A stretch of DNA of 62,198 nucleotides, filler included, from Bonamia ostreae (GCA_040357525.1; 8 parts of 8 records of this genome joined end to end with filler, not necessarily neighbours in it), one strand, 5' to 3'; numbered from the whole stretch's first letter, positions 12,213 to 27,300 are shown. Notes: generated by a model from the sequence alone, not told the origin. Program-made: numbers and translations.

Positions 12213-14498
12213 TTATTTCAATGATGGATTCAACCAATATCGGCAAGCCGGACTGTCACAACACATTACCTCCTTCTCAACCCTTTTCACTGCTTCTAAC
12301 CCACAAATGCACCTTCTTAATAAAATAGTTCATAAGAACCTTTTCTTTTTCAAGTCAGATTTTTTTGCCAAACAAATGCGCACAGAACCAACAAAAATTA
12401 GGAAAAACAACATTATAGTTATCGACAAGCTATATTTAAAGAAAAAGTGCTTTTAATTTGATAATTTGCTTGTAAAAACCTTATCAGCCCAGAAATTCGG
12501 CGGATGCATTGAAGCCATTTTGCGAAAGTACTTTTTATCCACGCAACGCCAATCAGTCTTGGAGTCAAAAAATTTCCAATAACGTCCATTGGAACAAACC
12601 GCTCTTTTTACCAAAGTCTTGTCTTGAAATGTTTTGTTTTTTCTGCAATAAAAATCCATTTCACTCCCAATATGCGATTTCAAAGGTTGTTTGAAAACAA
12701 ATTTGTTTTTAAATGCCAAATTGTCACAATATTTTTCGTTTAACAAACATGCAGGAAAATTTATCTCTTCCCAAAAACCATATTGGTTGCATTTTTTGAA
12801 CACTTTTCCAATTGGGATATAACCTTCATCGCATTTTATTTCCATTAACATGCCGTCTTTTGTTTTTCGATTCAATGCAAGTTTTGCATTGTTCGTTAAA
12901 ATTCTGTCACATGGAATTCTAGCATCAGATTCTTTTTTAACGTAAAATAACTTGAAAAGATATTTTGCAGTTCTCTGTGAAGTAAAGGTTTGTTATCTTC
13001 AACCCATTGCAATGGATTCGAAGCCACAAAAAATTTGCATCTGTGGAAACTGCTAATTTTCGACACATATTTAACCGCCATTTCAATTTCAATTAAACGC
13101 GTTTCACCAACTTTAATAAGAATTTTTGATCTATTGCTGTTCAAAATCAAATTTTTTGGTAATTTGTTTGCTTTCTCGCAAAGTAGATGCAAATCTTTTT
13201 TTAATATGAGTGTATCAAAAACAAAAGAGAGAACTTATTTTGCCGCAATTTTGAACGTTGGCACTGACTATTAACTTATCATCCAAAAATTTACTAGGAA
13301 ACTGTTCAAAACTACAAATTTTCGGTACTAATTCTTGGAAAATACTGTGATTCACACAAAGAGCCGGCTTTTTCAAAACTGTTGGGACAAATTCCATAAC
13401 GTATTCATCCTTCGACAACTAAAATTTATTTTGAAACGGTCCTCATTTGATACAAACTCAGTCTATGATGAAGAGATCTATTCTGTCTGAAAATTTCATC
13501 AGCGTTAAAACGCATATATCGTTGGCAACAATACCCTTTTAGTTTATGGTTTGAGAAAACTTGGAGGCAAAAAGCAATGTTCTCCTATTTCTTGGTAAAA
13601 TACTCTGTCGCAGCCAAAATCAAGCATGTTTTTCAATACAAAAAAGCCGTTTTCTCCCCATCGAACAAAATTTACGAAACCGAAAGAAACTTGAATATTA
13701 AAGAAAACATTTTAAGAAGTTAAAGTGCTCTGATGCATCTACCAACACTGTTTTTGATACATCCCTATCATCATGTTCGAAACTCTCAGCTTTCAACGCA
13801 AAATATGTCGCTGTTTCTGAACTTTCTTTGCTGAAATTTAATAATTTTACCAAGATACTTTTGGGCATAAATTATCCTCTTCCTCGTTAAATATTTTAAC
13901 AAGTCTGCTGCAATAGTTCGATTTGCTTAAAGGCAGGATCGCCGCTTTCCAGATCATTTCTCGTGCGCTGTAAAAAACTTTCATTCTCCAATTTGTCTCA
14001 ATCCCTTTGAAATTCCCTAAAAATGTTTTAACAAACAGAGAACAAAATCGTACCCTTCCGCGTAAAAAGGGAAAGACACAGACTTTGCTTTGACCCTCTT
14101 CTCCAAAAGATCCAAATTTACGTTTGTTACGTTTTTCACGATTTTAAATCGCGTTTTCGGAGAGAAAAAGTAAATCGATTGACGGTCGATACCCTCACTG
14201 TTAAGAAACATCAACGCGATTTTTTTTGTAATGTAATTCGTTGCAATTTCGATCTGAGAACCACTGTGAGAACAAATCCCTTTAATCGGAAATAGCATTT
14301 TTCCTGCTAGAGAGCCTTTTGCCCTTATTCTTAAGACTGTCTTAGGTACAAATATCTTTCGACGTTGTTATAAAAACTTTAATGGCTTTTTTCAGGGTCA
14401 AGAAATCGTTTTTGTAAAAAAAACTAGAGATTGAAACAGGCGCGTTTGCTTTTAGTTCATTCTATTTGTTGAATTATTAAAAATATTGTTTTGTACAT
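12213..14498 (-). CDS. Putative type I membrane protein with sushi/CCP domains near the C-terminus; boundaries approximate
   Basis: ORF 12453-12875 has CDEGYIPIG...CNQYGFW...PAC plus a second CCP-like unit, followed by hydrophobic ITIMLFFLIFVGSV and a basic stop-transfer. Upstream ORFs lie on the same strand. Confidence 0.5.
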
Positions 14499-14612
14499 TG
14501 TCACTGTTGTTTATATTTGTTACATATTTACGAGATAAAAAACGAATCTGAAACAAAATTTTCTGTTGCGATTATTTCCGCTTATTTCTAATTTGGGATT
14601 TTTGGCAAAACA

Positions 14613-15713
14613 AATGGAAAAAGCAGCCATTAAGAAAATTGAAAGGAGTTTCATTAACTTGTTCTGTTCGGATTAGTTAAAGAAGATATCAATGTCCCGG
14701 ATATGTAACAATGCACCGATTGTAACAATCAAAAACTGAAAACGACATAATGACTACTAATATATCACAACAAAAAGAATTTAAACACATAACACAAATA
14801 ATAACGAATTCCAATATATTCGAGGTACTATGAATAAGCTCGATGAGCTTATAAACAACAAAAACGAAAAATCGGAAAAACTGGGTAACCACATCGTCGA
14901 TTTGCAAAACAATTCGACCAGAATAACAGAATTTGTGTCGATCTTGTTAGCGAAGGGGGAGTTTCTGTTAGCTGAAAACAAAGCACTCAAAATCGAAAAA
15001 ATCTGCGCAGAACTTAAATCGATGAATTTGGAGATAAAGCTCAAATCAGTCGAGTTTGAAATGCGCAAAATTAAAGAAAAACTTTCAAGATCAGACGAGA
15101 TTTTAAAAAGAAAAAAATCGACGAAAAGAATTTCAGCGAACGAAAAAAGAATTTCAAGAAAAAAGTCTGTCACTGTTTTAGATAATAAAGAGTCACCAAA
15201 AAATGTCGAAATGGAAAAGCTTAAAGACGAATGGATAGAAAACAAACTAAAAGTGCTCATTGCGATTTCTCCCAAATCTACCGACGAGCAAATCAACGAA
15301 TTCAAAGTTTTTAAAATTTGTTCAAATTTCAAAACCGCAAATTACTATTTTTCGAAAATTGCTAAAATTTGTTCAAAATCGCAAATAACTTCAAATTTGG
15401 CAATTTGTTTAAAATCAAATAACTTCAAACTTGTTTAAACAGCGAATCTAAGATTTTTGATTAAAAAAAGAAAAATTTGAATGCGACTTGGTGGTCTCTT
15501 ACCGACGAGCAAAGAAAAGAAGAAGCGGAAACTGTAAAGATATCACTAGGAACTTTAACAGAAGACTCCTCGAGCGTGAGCGATGACAGCATTGAATTGT
15601 CTGATTACGAATCCTCTACTCTAAGTTCGTCTACCCTTTCAGAAAAAAGCGCAAAAGACTCTGACTCTGTTTCTGATACGAGCAGTTTCGGAAGTTATTC
15701 GGATTCCGATTGA
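14613..15713 (+). CDS. Hypothetical coiled-coil protein with Ser/Asp-rich tail
   Basis: ORFs 14830-15438 and 15477-15713 on the same strand. No family recognised. Confidence 0.4.
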
Positions 15714-15863
15714 ATAAAAATATTTACTTTTTGAGCAAATATAAAAAATGAGCGTTTTTTCGCNNNNNNNNNNNNNNNNNNNNNNNNNNNNNNNNNNNNN
15801 NNNNNNNTTAATTAATTAANNNNNNNNNNNNNNNNNNNNNNNNNNNNNNNNNNNNNNNNNNNN

Positions 15864-18800
15864 GACAATAGCAATAAACTCAACTAACAAATTCTTGCTT
15901 GAAACCAAAATCAACAAACCTAATCTAGCCAAAATTTTGCTAAAACTTATCGGCTTTCTTAATTTTTTGGTGAACTTTGACAAATCTGGTCTTTTCGCCA
16001 AAAACGAAGAACTTCAAAAATGCCTTTTACGAATATTGGAAAAAGTGAATGACAATTTGGAAGAAGTGGACCAATTTGTCTATATTCTCGAAAATCTGGT
16101 CGAGGTCTATTCTCATCTTCGCGAGGAAAATATTCTCTATGTTTTATATAAATAATTTAGATCTTCGAGAAAACGATAAATTTGCTAAAATTCGGCCAGT
16201 TCTCAGAAAAAATTTTGGACTTTAGCTTTGATCAAATAAACACAAATTCGAATGAAAAACAAAAAAATTTGCTAATTTCAGCCAACGCAAAGTTTTCCTT
16301 ACAATAAATTTAGCCTGATATTTCGCCGGATAAGAACGACTTTTCAGAACAAAGAGTTCAACGATAAGTCAAAATCAGAAAAGCTTATAGAATTCCTAAT
16401 AAAATTAGAGAATTCAAACAGTTCTTTAAATTTAGCCAAAAACATCAAATTTGACGACAAAACAAGAACAATAAAATTTTTAGGTGAAATGCTAAATTTG
16501 GACAAAAAAAAATTTAACCCAAAAATTTTTATTAAAATGGCGGCGATTCTAGCCAAAGACTTTGACTTTGACTATTTGTCTTGGCTAAATATTAACACCG
16601 AAGCCAAAAATTTAAAATCGCTAAAAATTGATTTGGTCAATTTTTGCTGCAACAAGTTTTACTTTGGACATTCATCTCAAACGCTTTGCCAACTCTTTGC
16701 AAATTTTGGTTTAAAAATTTGACGTTAAAGAAATGGGGTCAGAGGACCGATTCAAAGTATTTGGAATTCCTTTCGATAATATCGACAATTTTGCAAACAG
16801 TGAAATTTTATCCGTCAAAGCTATTTTCGATATGGCGTTAATCCTTTTCGAAAAAAATTATGGCGAAAATGACTTGGCTAAATTTTTCGAACGGGAGAAA
16901 AATCTGGAAAAAATGGCCTTTTTGTCCCAGACTGGATTTACAAATCTTTTGTTCTCCTTTTTGCAAAACGAATCTGTTTTGATTCGAAAACAAGCGATTC
17001 AGATTTTCACAAATTCGGTGCAACTTTTAAAGATTTTGGCGAATATTCGCCGCAAATTCGGAAAATCCGAATTGGCTGAAAATTCACTAATTGACAAAAT
17101 GAACGTAATTTTGTCAAAAGAGCTAAATTTGGATAACGAGAGAATTTTGGTTTTGGAAATACAAAAAATGGCTGCTTTTTTTGATTTGGGCGAAAAAGCA
17201 AATTTGGTCCTCCAAAATCGACAAATCGAAAATTGCGTTGTCAATTTTTTGCTTGGAATTCTTACTTTGCCCTTTAAGAACATTTGGGCGACAGCTAAAA
17301 ACACTCTCATTTCGATGTTTAGAAATTTAAATTTTAAGACTGAGAAAAGAGGGAAACGGCGATTTATTGAGTTTGGCAATAAACTGTTTAAAATATCGTT
17401 TGATCAAAATTAGCGACGCCGAAAACAACATGGCCCACAAATTTAGCCAAATGTCTAAAAACGTTTCGGAAAACTTGTTCGGTATTCTAACGGAAACTAA
17501 ATTAAGTGAACGAGAAAGTTTTCAAATTTTCGACATTTTTTCGAACATCTTTTACGAAAACTTTGAACGGAGAAAACTGAACTTTCTCGAATATGAAACG
17601 GACACGAAAAATGGAAATACTTTTTTTGTCAAAAATGGAGTTGGCTACAGTGAACGAAAAAATCTGAGTTTTAAGATTTTGGGATTTTTGAAGACTTTTG
17701 CAAAATTTTCGACATTTTTCGATTTTTGTGATTTCGAAGAAATTCTAAACAGGTTTAAACACGATTTTCTTTACAAAAATCTAATTTTCGACATTCAATT
17801 TTTATTAATAAATCTAATATAATTTAAAATAAAGCTTATTAATATACGATGATTGGAAAATTCAGTCTGAAGCTGTAAAATGTCTTTCGTTATGGAAAAA
17901 ACATTATTTAGAACCAATTAAAAATTCTTTATTAAAAACCGCTAACCCCAAATTTTGTAAATCCGAATTAGCTTTGATTTCTTCTTCAAACACAAATTCT
18001 AAAGGACTGTTATTTGTTAGTAAAGAGCTAAGAGAGGATTTTTATAATTCCGTCTTTCGACTTTTGTTGCCGTCTTTTTTCCGAAAAGAAACTGTTTTTA
18101 ATATTTTGCGATTCTATTAAAAAAATAATTTCCGAAATTGCAAATCAAAAAAATTAAATTCAAAAAATAATTTAAAAAATTGCAAGTCAAAAAAAATTAA
18201 TTTTTAAAATTTAGAAAAAACAACATGCCGAAAGCAAAAAAAGAACGATGCTCGTTTTTCTTTCAAATTTGGGCGAAAACGATTTGAATCCGTTTATTAA
18301 TCTGATCTTCGCTCATTTAAATGCGGAAAAACTAAACAAAACAAAAAATGGAAAAATCGAGCATAAAAAGCCAAATTTGAACAAAATAACTAAAATTCTT
18401 ACAGACTTTGCAAAATATTTTAAAAAAGAAACAAAAGTCCATTTTGGCAGATTTTTCGATATCGCCCAAACCGTTTTTGTTAAAGTTTTGAACGGCGACG
18501 AGAAAAAGACCAAATCTTTAATTTTCTCTTTGTTAATTGATTATCTCGACAAGTTTATTTAAAGCTAAATTTTATCCAGTTCACTAAATTTTATCCAGTT
18601 TTATCAAAAGCTCAAATTATAATCGAATTTTAAAGCTTTATTGACGACGATAAAAAATCGGAAAATTTTGCAAAAATGGCAAATTTGGCCAAAATGGCTT
18701 TAGGCAAAATTTCGAAAAACGACTATTCGAAAATGGAAAAAGGAAAAAGAAAAGATGTTCTCGATTTTCTGCTAAAATTCTCCAAAAAGAAAAACGGGGT

Positions 18801-21800
18801 TAATTTTCTGGTCGAAAACAAAACCATTTTTGGCATTTGTTGCAAAATAATCGAAAACAGACAAAAAAGCGATTTTGATAACGACAAACAAAACAAAGAC
18901 CGAAATTTAAAATTTTGCTACAAAAACGATTATTTGGATTGCGCTTTTGAGATATTAACAAATATCTTCGATTTCTACAATGAAAACAACAATGTTCAAA
19001 TTTTAAATCGCAAAAAAAAGATTCCGAAAAATATAAAAACGGAAACGCCAAAAATCTTATTCGCCATTTTTTCGAGAATAAAATCGATTAAGAACGAAAA
19101 ATCAAAAATCCACAAAGAAATCGATCTAATACTCAAATTATTCAATTTTTTGGAGATAGAAGACGACTTCCGAAGAACAACTCTAAATTTACTGCAAATT
19201 TTAGACTACAAAAAACTAAATTTTAGAATTTCGAAGAACTTCCGAGAAACGACTTTCGAAGAAAACTCTTGCGAAGAATCCCGTTTAGACAAAATCGTCA
19301 ACTGCATTTTGACCGCAAATAGCAAAATTGACGACAAAAACATAAGCTTAAAACTATGGACTTTTCTGTCTAACAATATAGAGGAAACAGAAAATTTGTC
19401 GAAAACGGCGAAAAGAATTAAAATTCTTTCGGGGGGACTTAATTTTGATAGTATCGGTGATTTTGTGGAAGGGCTTTGTTCGTTCATAACAGTCGGAAAA
19501 ATCGATCCGGAAATAGATTACGAACGACGGACGAAGACGTATTTTGAAATAAAGAAAGAAATGCCAAATTTGATGAAAAGCGAAAAAGTGGCTATAACGC
19601 CCTGTCTAAATTTGTTCTTCCGAGATCTCAATTCCGACGATTTTGGCTTAAGGAACCAAGCCGTTATAGTGATAAAAGATATTTGCCGATTCTTAAAAAA
19701 TGGCGACGAAAATATTAAAATTGAAAATGGGAACAAAAATGACATTAAAAATAGCATTAAAAAAATGATTGTCAATGGACTTTCATTAAAAAACAGTAAA
19801 TTAGAGACAAAAATGGCCTGTATGGAGATACTTAGACAAATGCTTGAACACAAAAATGGTGTTTTTGGAGATTTAGCCAAATTGCTAAATGTTGAAAACG
19901 AAGATCTCGATTTCTTCGTCAACTTTTTTCATATTCAGACGCACAGAAGAAGAAAAGCAATTTTGCAGTTGCAGAAAATGGCGAAATCTTGTTTTTCAGG
20001 TAAATCGGAAAATGGCGAAAATTCTAAAAATGGCGTTTCAAAATTGAAAAATGGATTTAGTTCTGAAAGCGTTTCAAAAGTTTTGGTGCCGCTTTTGTTG
20101 CACCATATTATCAATTCGAACGCGAAGACGATAGTTTTTAATCAAATTCCAAAATCGATTTCTAATTTTAAATTAAAAAAGAGCTTAAGAGAAGAAGGTT
20201 TAAAGACGCTGACGCCACTATCTTCATTTCTTGAATGGAACAGCACAATGAAATGGTCAAATTTTTTCTTCAAAAAACTGAAAGAAAATTTGTCAAACGA
20301 AAAAACATTTGTCAGCTGCATTTGCGCTATAATCGAAAGCAGCCAATTTGAAAATTCAAACAATTTGGCGAAAATTAACTTTGACAAAAATTTTTTCAGA
20401 AATATTGTCGTTTCTTTAATCGATCGGAATTTGAAGTTTATTTAAGTTGAGAATTAATAAACTTTTAAGAATTAAAGATTAAATTAATATTCCCAAATTT
20501 TAATATAATTATTATTTTGCTTTTAGAAGACGTTTTTACAACAATTTTATAAAATTACTTTTTTGCTTTAAAAGACGTTTTTACAACAATTTTACTAATT
20601 TTATTTTAAAAACTGAAAAAAGTTAAAAATTAATAAAATTCAGCAAAAAACAGAAAACGAAAGATTTACAAAATTTGTCAAATCGATTAAAGTCTTTAAT
20701 TCGAGACAGAAAAAACAGAGATCTGATAAGGTCTCAAGTCGCTGTCGCTGTAATCAAACTTTGCAAAATTTTTAGCCAAGACGAATTTAGACGAGAATTC
20801 TCAAATCTAGTCATTGAAATTTGTTCTTCTTTGAAGAGTCGACAGCTACAAGCCAGAGTTCTTAGATAACTGAACATTTTAAAATTATCTTTTCAAAACT
20901 TGGTTAAAATATAAATCCAAAAACAATTAAAAGAACGAAGCCAGATTTGCATTGAACCAAATAATAAAAATCGCAGGCGCAAATCACATTAAGTTCGCTT
21001 TGGGCGTAATGAAAAAAGTCTTGTTGAAGGGATACCAGAAACACGTACTCGGATACTCTCTGAATTCGTTGTTGTCCTCGATTTTGGAATGGGCTGAAAA
21101 GGGCTCTTTGGACGATTTTGCGCCTAATTTGGTTCAGATTTTGTTGGAAGACATTTTTGGAAGACCTTCGGAAGATCGTTCTGTCGAGAAAATAAAATAT
21201 TCAATGAAAGAAGCGTCGTCTGAAAAATCATTCGACTCTTTTCGGATTTTGGCCAAAATGGTCAACTTTCGCCAAAGTGAAAAAGGACTAAATTTGATTT
21301 TGGATAATGTTCAGAAAACATTTTTCAAAAAATGTTTTGGCTAAATTTTTCAAAAACATTCGATGAACATTTGGATAATTTTTACGACGATTTTATTATT
21401 TTGGCTAAAATTTAACGAGAAATTTTTTAACTCGATTTTGCTATTTTACGAGACTTATTTTTTGTTGTTTAACAAATAGACAAAGATTCCGAAAAAGCGA
21501 ACGAGAAAAATGAAAAATTGACCGATCGGATAATAAGCGGAATCGAAGAAAACGATTCTGTAAAAGCGGACGTTCTGGTGCAAATCATTTCTGTAAAACT
21601 TTCCAAATGTTTTAGAGAGAAAAATAGAATCGATGAGCAATTTTCTAGTTTTAAAAATTATAAATTTTTCTAATTTTAAATTTTAAAAATTTGTAAAAAA
21701 GAATCGACGAAAAAACCAATTTTATCTCAAGAGGGAATTGAAAGAAAAATAACTTTATTCAAGAAAAAAAATTTGTCAACAAAAGAAAGTGCTCAAATCA

Positions 21801-23613
21801 CGATTGAAGTTTTTAATTCGCTAAAAATTGGCAAAAAATTTGTAAAATTTATTCAAAAAATCGCTAAAACTTTTTTTATAAAATTTAAAATTCACAGAAA
21901 TGCAACAACACGATCGAACTTTTTCTAAAACTGCTTTTCCGAACTTTATCAAAACAGTCCAAAAATCTCAAAATAAACAATATTTCATTAAACACTCTGT
22001 CCACCCCTCTAATCCAAGCAGCGACCCTCAAAACAAACCCCAAATTTTCAGTTTTGGCGCTAAAAACTTTTGTTCTTCTCTGTCGAACACCCGATTTTGT
22101 CAAAAAACTAGTCGCACACAAAAACACTGCGCAATACGTCGCCAAAACTTGTTTCCAGAACATCGGAGGAAGCAACAAAGAATTGACGAAAGTGTCCTTT
22201 GCGGTGCTGTCGATGATATTGGGCGACAAAATTTTCAGGTCGAACTTTCGAGCGGAACAAATGGCGATATTGATTGACTTTGCGAGAAGTCACATTATAA
22301 GCAGTGACAAAGAGCAAAACCAAATCGCATTTTCGTTTTTGAATGCGATTTTGTTGAGCGGCAAAAGTCCAAAAGGGTTGTTTGTTTTAATGGATTCTTT
22401 GGAAGACATTTTAGTTCAAAGTTTTGACGAGATTGTCAGAAAAAAGTGCTCTAAAGTTTTTTATGGCAAAGTACATTTCTAATCCTCGTCACAACAAATT
22501 AAAGTACATTTACTAAAAGTTACAAATTGTTTAAAAAAATCCAAATTAAAAAAGTGCATTGTTACATTTTTGTCAGAATATACTCTTGACGAAAAGCGAC
22601 TTCAATCGCATATCCAAAAACTTCTTTCCAATTTAACTTCTTCGCAATCGATCGGAAGACGTTCAGTCGCTGAAACGTTGCTTTCGCTGTTACCAAAACT
22701 TGTCAAAAAATCACCAAATGTCTTCGAAAGTTACGTCGACATCATCTTTTTCCCCATTGTTACCACCTTCGCAAATGAAGAAAACGAACAAGTTTCAAAG
22801 GTTGTTGTCTATCGCGAGCAACTTAAAACACTTTATTGAGACCAAAACAAAAATTTTGGCTTGTTACCAATAAAACAAAAGGTACTTTCGAAAACGATAA
22901 AACAAATTTTCAAATTAACAAAACGAGAAAAGCTTCAAAAGTTCATAAATTGTGCTCTGAAATGGCTTTCATCTGACAAAAAAGAACTTATTTTATTGTC
23001 ACTTAAAATCTTTTTAATTGTAATTTCGTCCGAAAAACGATTCTTCGAAGAAGAAAGTAGTCGAAAGTACTTTGAAGGATTGTTAACAAACATTGAAACG
23101 ATGAATCAAAATTTCGGCGAAAACTGGAAAATTTTGTGTTTGAGTCTGTTAAGTTTTGGCGCTGTCGCCAAAAAGGGCATTGTTTCAAAGGACAGTTCTT
23201 TGAAGAACAAATTGCTGAATTTGTGGAAATCCGTTTTGGGATTAATTGAAAATCCACATTTTTGGGTTCGGAATGCAGCTTTGAAATTGGTTAGCGATGT
23301 TTTGCCGTTTTTCGATGGAAAAGGTATTTCGGTAATATTTTAAGTACATAACTGACTGTTACCACATTTTTGATATCCTTTATAAATTTTTTGTAATCGT
23401 TGCCAATATTGAAATTTAAGAAGAAAAGATTGTTGGAACGACCGAAGAATTGCCGATGAGAATCGCAAAATGTTCGAATTGCAATATTTTCGACGCAAAA
23501 TTTGGGGCTGTTTTGAACGATTGTTACATTCAATCGCTCAAATACCTTTTGAAAACGGATTTTGACAAAAAATTAATATTCAAAAAATCGATCGCGAAAA
23601 TGGCCAAATTTTC
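15864..23613 (+). CDS. UTP20: U3 snoRNP/SSU processome HEAT protein UTP20 (partial, fills the whole contig)
   Basis: IDYERRTKTY, DFFVNFFHIQTHRRRKA, LKSRQLQAR, LLKGYQKHVLGYSL, EDIFGRPSE, MKEASSEKSFDSF, EYTLDEKRLQSH and HFWVRNAA occur in UTP20 order. Confidence 0.9.
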
Positions 23614-23855
23614 NNNNNNNNNNNNNNNNNNNNNNNNNNNNNNNNNNNNNNNNNNNNTTAATTAATTAANNNNNNNNNNNNNNNNNNNNNNNNNNNNNNN
23701 NNNNNNNNNNNNNTTAAAAAAATTGATCAAATTGTGTACAAATTTTTGGAAAAATAAAATAATAAAAATGATGAAAAAAGAAAATACTAATTCTTATGAC
23801 AGCAAAGGTTTTCAATCCAAGATACAACTAATAAAGATAATCAATTTCTTTCAGA

Positions 23856-24098
23856 TTATGCAGATTTCAGAGATTGTTCCGATAATGATATCCATTTTCT
23901 ATAATGCCCATCCAATAAATCTGTTTCAAGTGGTAAATCATATCGAGCCCGGTTGCACGGGGCACAGCTCCTGTTAAACTCCTCGGGTCTGCCATTAGTT
24001 GAAGGACCATTTGGTAAGAACAGTCTTTTACTGTTTTAATGAGTTTTAATTTACTATTGCCATAAATCCCTTTGATATTCTGGTTTACACCAACTCAT
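23856..24098 (-). CDS. Small hypothetical protein (about 72 aa, one 24-nt intron)
   Basis: MSWCKPEYQRDLWQYKRLFLPNGP...LKSA* after removing gtaaattaaaactcattaaaacag. Confidence 0.4.
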
Positions 24099-24354
24099 TA
24101 TTTTTATATATTTTATAAACGCTATTCATGATTTAAATTTAATTTATGTGTAGAAATAGACTGAACTTAAGGTTTCAAAACGGTTGTTCCTCAATATTTA
24201 ATTTTAGAGTTAGAATATTTAATTTCAACATATTATAACACATTACAAAATACAAACATTTTGCTCAATGTGTAGAAATATTTACCATTTTTGCACAAAA
24301 AAATACTATCGATATATCCCTTAATCTTAAAAAAGCTTGTTCTTTAAATCCGAA

Positions 24355-27300
24355 ATGGTTTCGAAAAGTTACATCGTCGGAATAGTGATTTACTGGTTTC
24401 TAAAATAATTTTAAAGTATTTTAGTAATTATCTTCTGTTCAAATTACTTTTTCAGTATTTTTTCTTTTGACAGATTTTTGAAAATAAAACTTCAAAATGG
24501 CAAAATTTTAATAACTGTAAAAAATTTTTCTCTATATTTTCAAAACATTGGCAGAAATTATATTTTGTTATCATTAGTTTTGCGCAAATTGGATAATTTT
24601 GTAAAAATACGTCTTGAGAATGTTCTGATAATTGACCAAAACGGATTAAGTTGTTTGCTTAAAAATTTCTCAATAAGAGAAAATAGTCAATTGTCTTTAA
24701 ATTTATCAGCAAACATAAAATTTGACGAAATTACTTTAAATATAGAAAAAGCTATTATTTGTATTTTTTATCAAAACAATTTTACAAAAATATATTTCTA
24801 TGCCGAAAAAATTGACATTGTAACAAACTTAAACAATATGATCAATTTTTATAATTCTGAAAAAATTTTTAATAAAAATTTTTCGAAAAAAATTTGGATT
24901 AGTGGCAACATTGAAGAATCTGAGATAAATATACAAAATTTTAAAAAATTGAGATTTCTTCAAACAAAATTATCTTTTTATAAAAACAACTATCTCCAAA
25001 TGAAAATAAAATCAGAAAAAATTTTAAATTGCGAAGAAAATACGAAAGACAAAATTTTGGCAAATTTTTCAAAATTTAAGGGCAAATTTACTTTTTCAAA
25101 TCACAATTTTTATTTTTTGCCAAACAAAAATGTTTTAAATATTTTTAAAATACATTAAAATGTTAATTTTCTCGCAAAAATAAAAAAGAAAAACATATTT
25201 CCGAAAAATATCGCCAATTATATTGATCTAAAATTTGACAAAATCTTTATTTTCAAAACTAAATTCTTCAAGATCTTTAAATTTGATAAAACTTTCTCGT
25301 TACAAAATTTAAGCACTCTGCTAAATTTTAAAAAGGATATTTTAAAAAATTTGAATTTCTATTCTAACAACGTTTTGATCAAAATTAACAAAGTTTGCAA
25401 TTTTTTAAATCGATTAAAATTTTTTACATTTGTTAATTTTTATTAATTCGCCAATTTTTAAAGTTGTCCGACATTAAAATCGAAAACGTTGAAATTATAG
25501 GAATTTTCAATTACATAAAAACGAAAAAATTAAATTTTAATATGCGAGATTTCAGTTTAGTTCTGGAACGTATTTATTGCTCAAGATCAAAAAAGACATT
25601 TTTTAAATCAAAACATTTGTTCTTAAAAATTTCGACGGAAAGAACTAAATCTTTAATGGAAAAAATAGTCTTTATTAAAGAGAAATTGCAAAAACTTGAA
25701 TTTCTGTTTAATGAAACTGAGCTCAATTTTCAAATTTACTGTTGTTCTCTTAACGAAAATGTTTTTAATGCAAAATAATAACAGAACAAAAAATTTGATG
25801 TGAAAGATTTTAGACTGGAAAATAAAGATGGTCTGAACTTTAATAAAAATTATTCAATTTCAGCGAATAAAATAGTGACGAATAATTTTATAAAATTATC
25901 AAATGAAAAAATGGCCAGATTTTGTTGCGAAGATTTGCACATGAACGAAATTTTTATTTTTGCGAAGAAAATTGATCTTTTTTTGATCAATTTTTTAAAA
26001 TTTAGCCAAATTTCGGCTAATTTGGATGCCTCAAATTTTTTGCAAAATAATTTTGAAAAATATTTGCAAAATTTTAAAAAGACAATTTATTTAAAAAATA
26101 TTTTAATCGGCAATATTTCGGAAGATAGAAAACTTGATTTCAACATTTTTACTAAAAAATTTAGTTTTTAATATTTCAAATTAATTTTCTTTTGTTTAAG
26201 CTTTATAAAAAAATATTCACTCTTTAATAAAAAGAGATTTTAGAAAACAAAGTAAAATTCGAATACACAAAAATAAATTTTAAAAAAACAAACGAATGCT
26301 ATTTTGGCAAAACAAAATTAAAATTGATTCGAAATAAGATAAAACTAGATTTTGCAAAAATAATCTTAAAAATCGACATATTCGGACAAAATTTCGAAAA
26401 TAAACGATCGACAAACTTTGATAAAATTTATCCGATTTTTGCTAATTTTGAAAAGATTGATATAAATTTGTCTAAACTTGTAGTCAAATTTAACGACAAT
26501 AAAATTAATTCTGTTATCTCACAAAAAAGATGGATCTCTTTAACAGATTACGATGTTTAAAAACAATTTTAAAATTTACTGATTTTGGGTTAATAATTAA
26601 AAAAAAGAAAAAAGTTGAAACGAAATTGAGTCCTCCAGATGCAAAAGATTATTTACATCCAACAACAACAAATTTTAAAAATTTATTCGAACTTTATGAC
26701 TATTTGAAAAATTTTCATGATTCTGTTGTCAGATTTATCTTTACCGATATCAATATTCATTTTTCGATAAAATTGAAAAATATTTTACAAAATAACAGCG
26801 ACGATAAATTTTTATCTAAAGTTAACAAAAAATTGCTAAAATTATTAAATTATAGCAGTAAAGGCATGATTGAAAATATTTTTAAAAGCGTTTCATCGTT
26901 AAAAACAATAAAAAATAGATTAAATATTTATCAATTTATGGTTTCTTAAGTTAAATAATAAATTAAAAATTTTAGTTGGCAAATTACAAAAAGACGATAT
27001 TTAATTTAATACAAAGAACAACATTATTTAAAATAATTTAATTATATTTTTATAATTTATATTTTTATAGAATAGTTTAATTTATATTTTTGTTTATAAA
27101 AGATTATTTTGCGTGATTATCCGATTCCGTTAATACTGTCAAATCAGTTAAAATTCAAAACAAAAATAGAAAATTTCAATTTAAAACAAAACTGCAATTT
27201 AATTTTCGAAGACTTGAACAAAAAATTGATCCTAAAAATAAACGCGCAAATTTTAAATCTAAGCTCTTCTTTTAACACAAAATATTATAGCTTAATTAGA

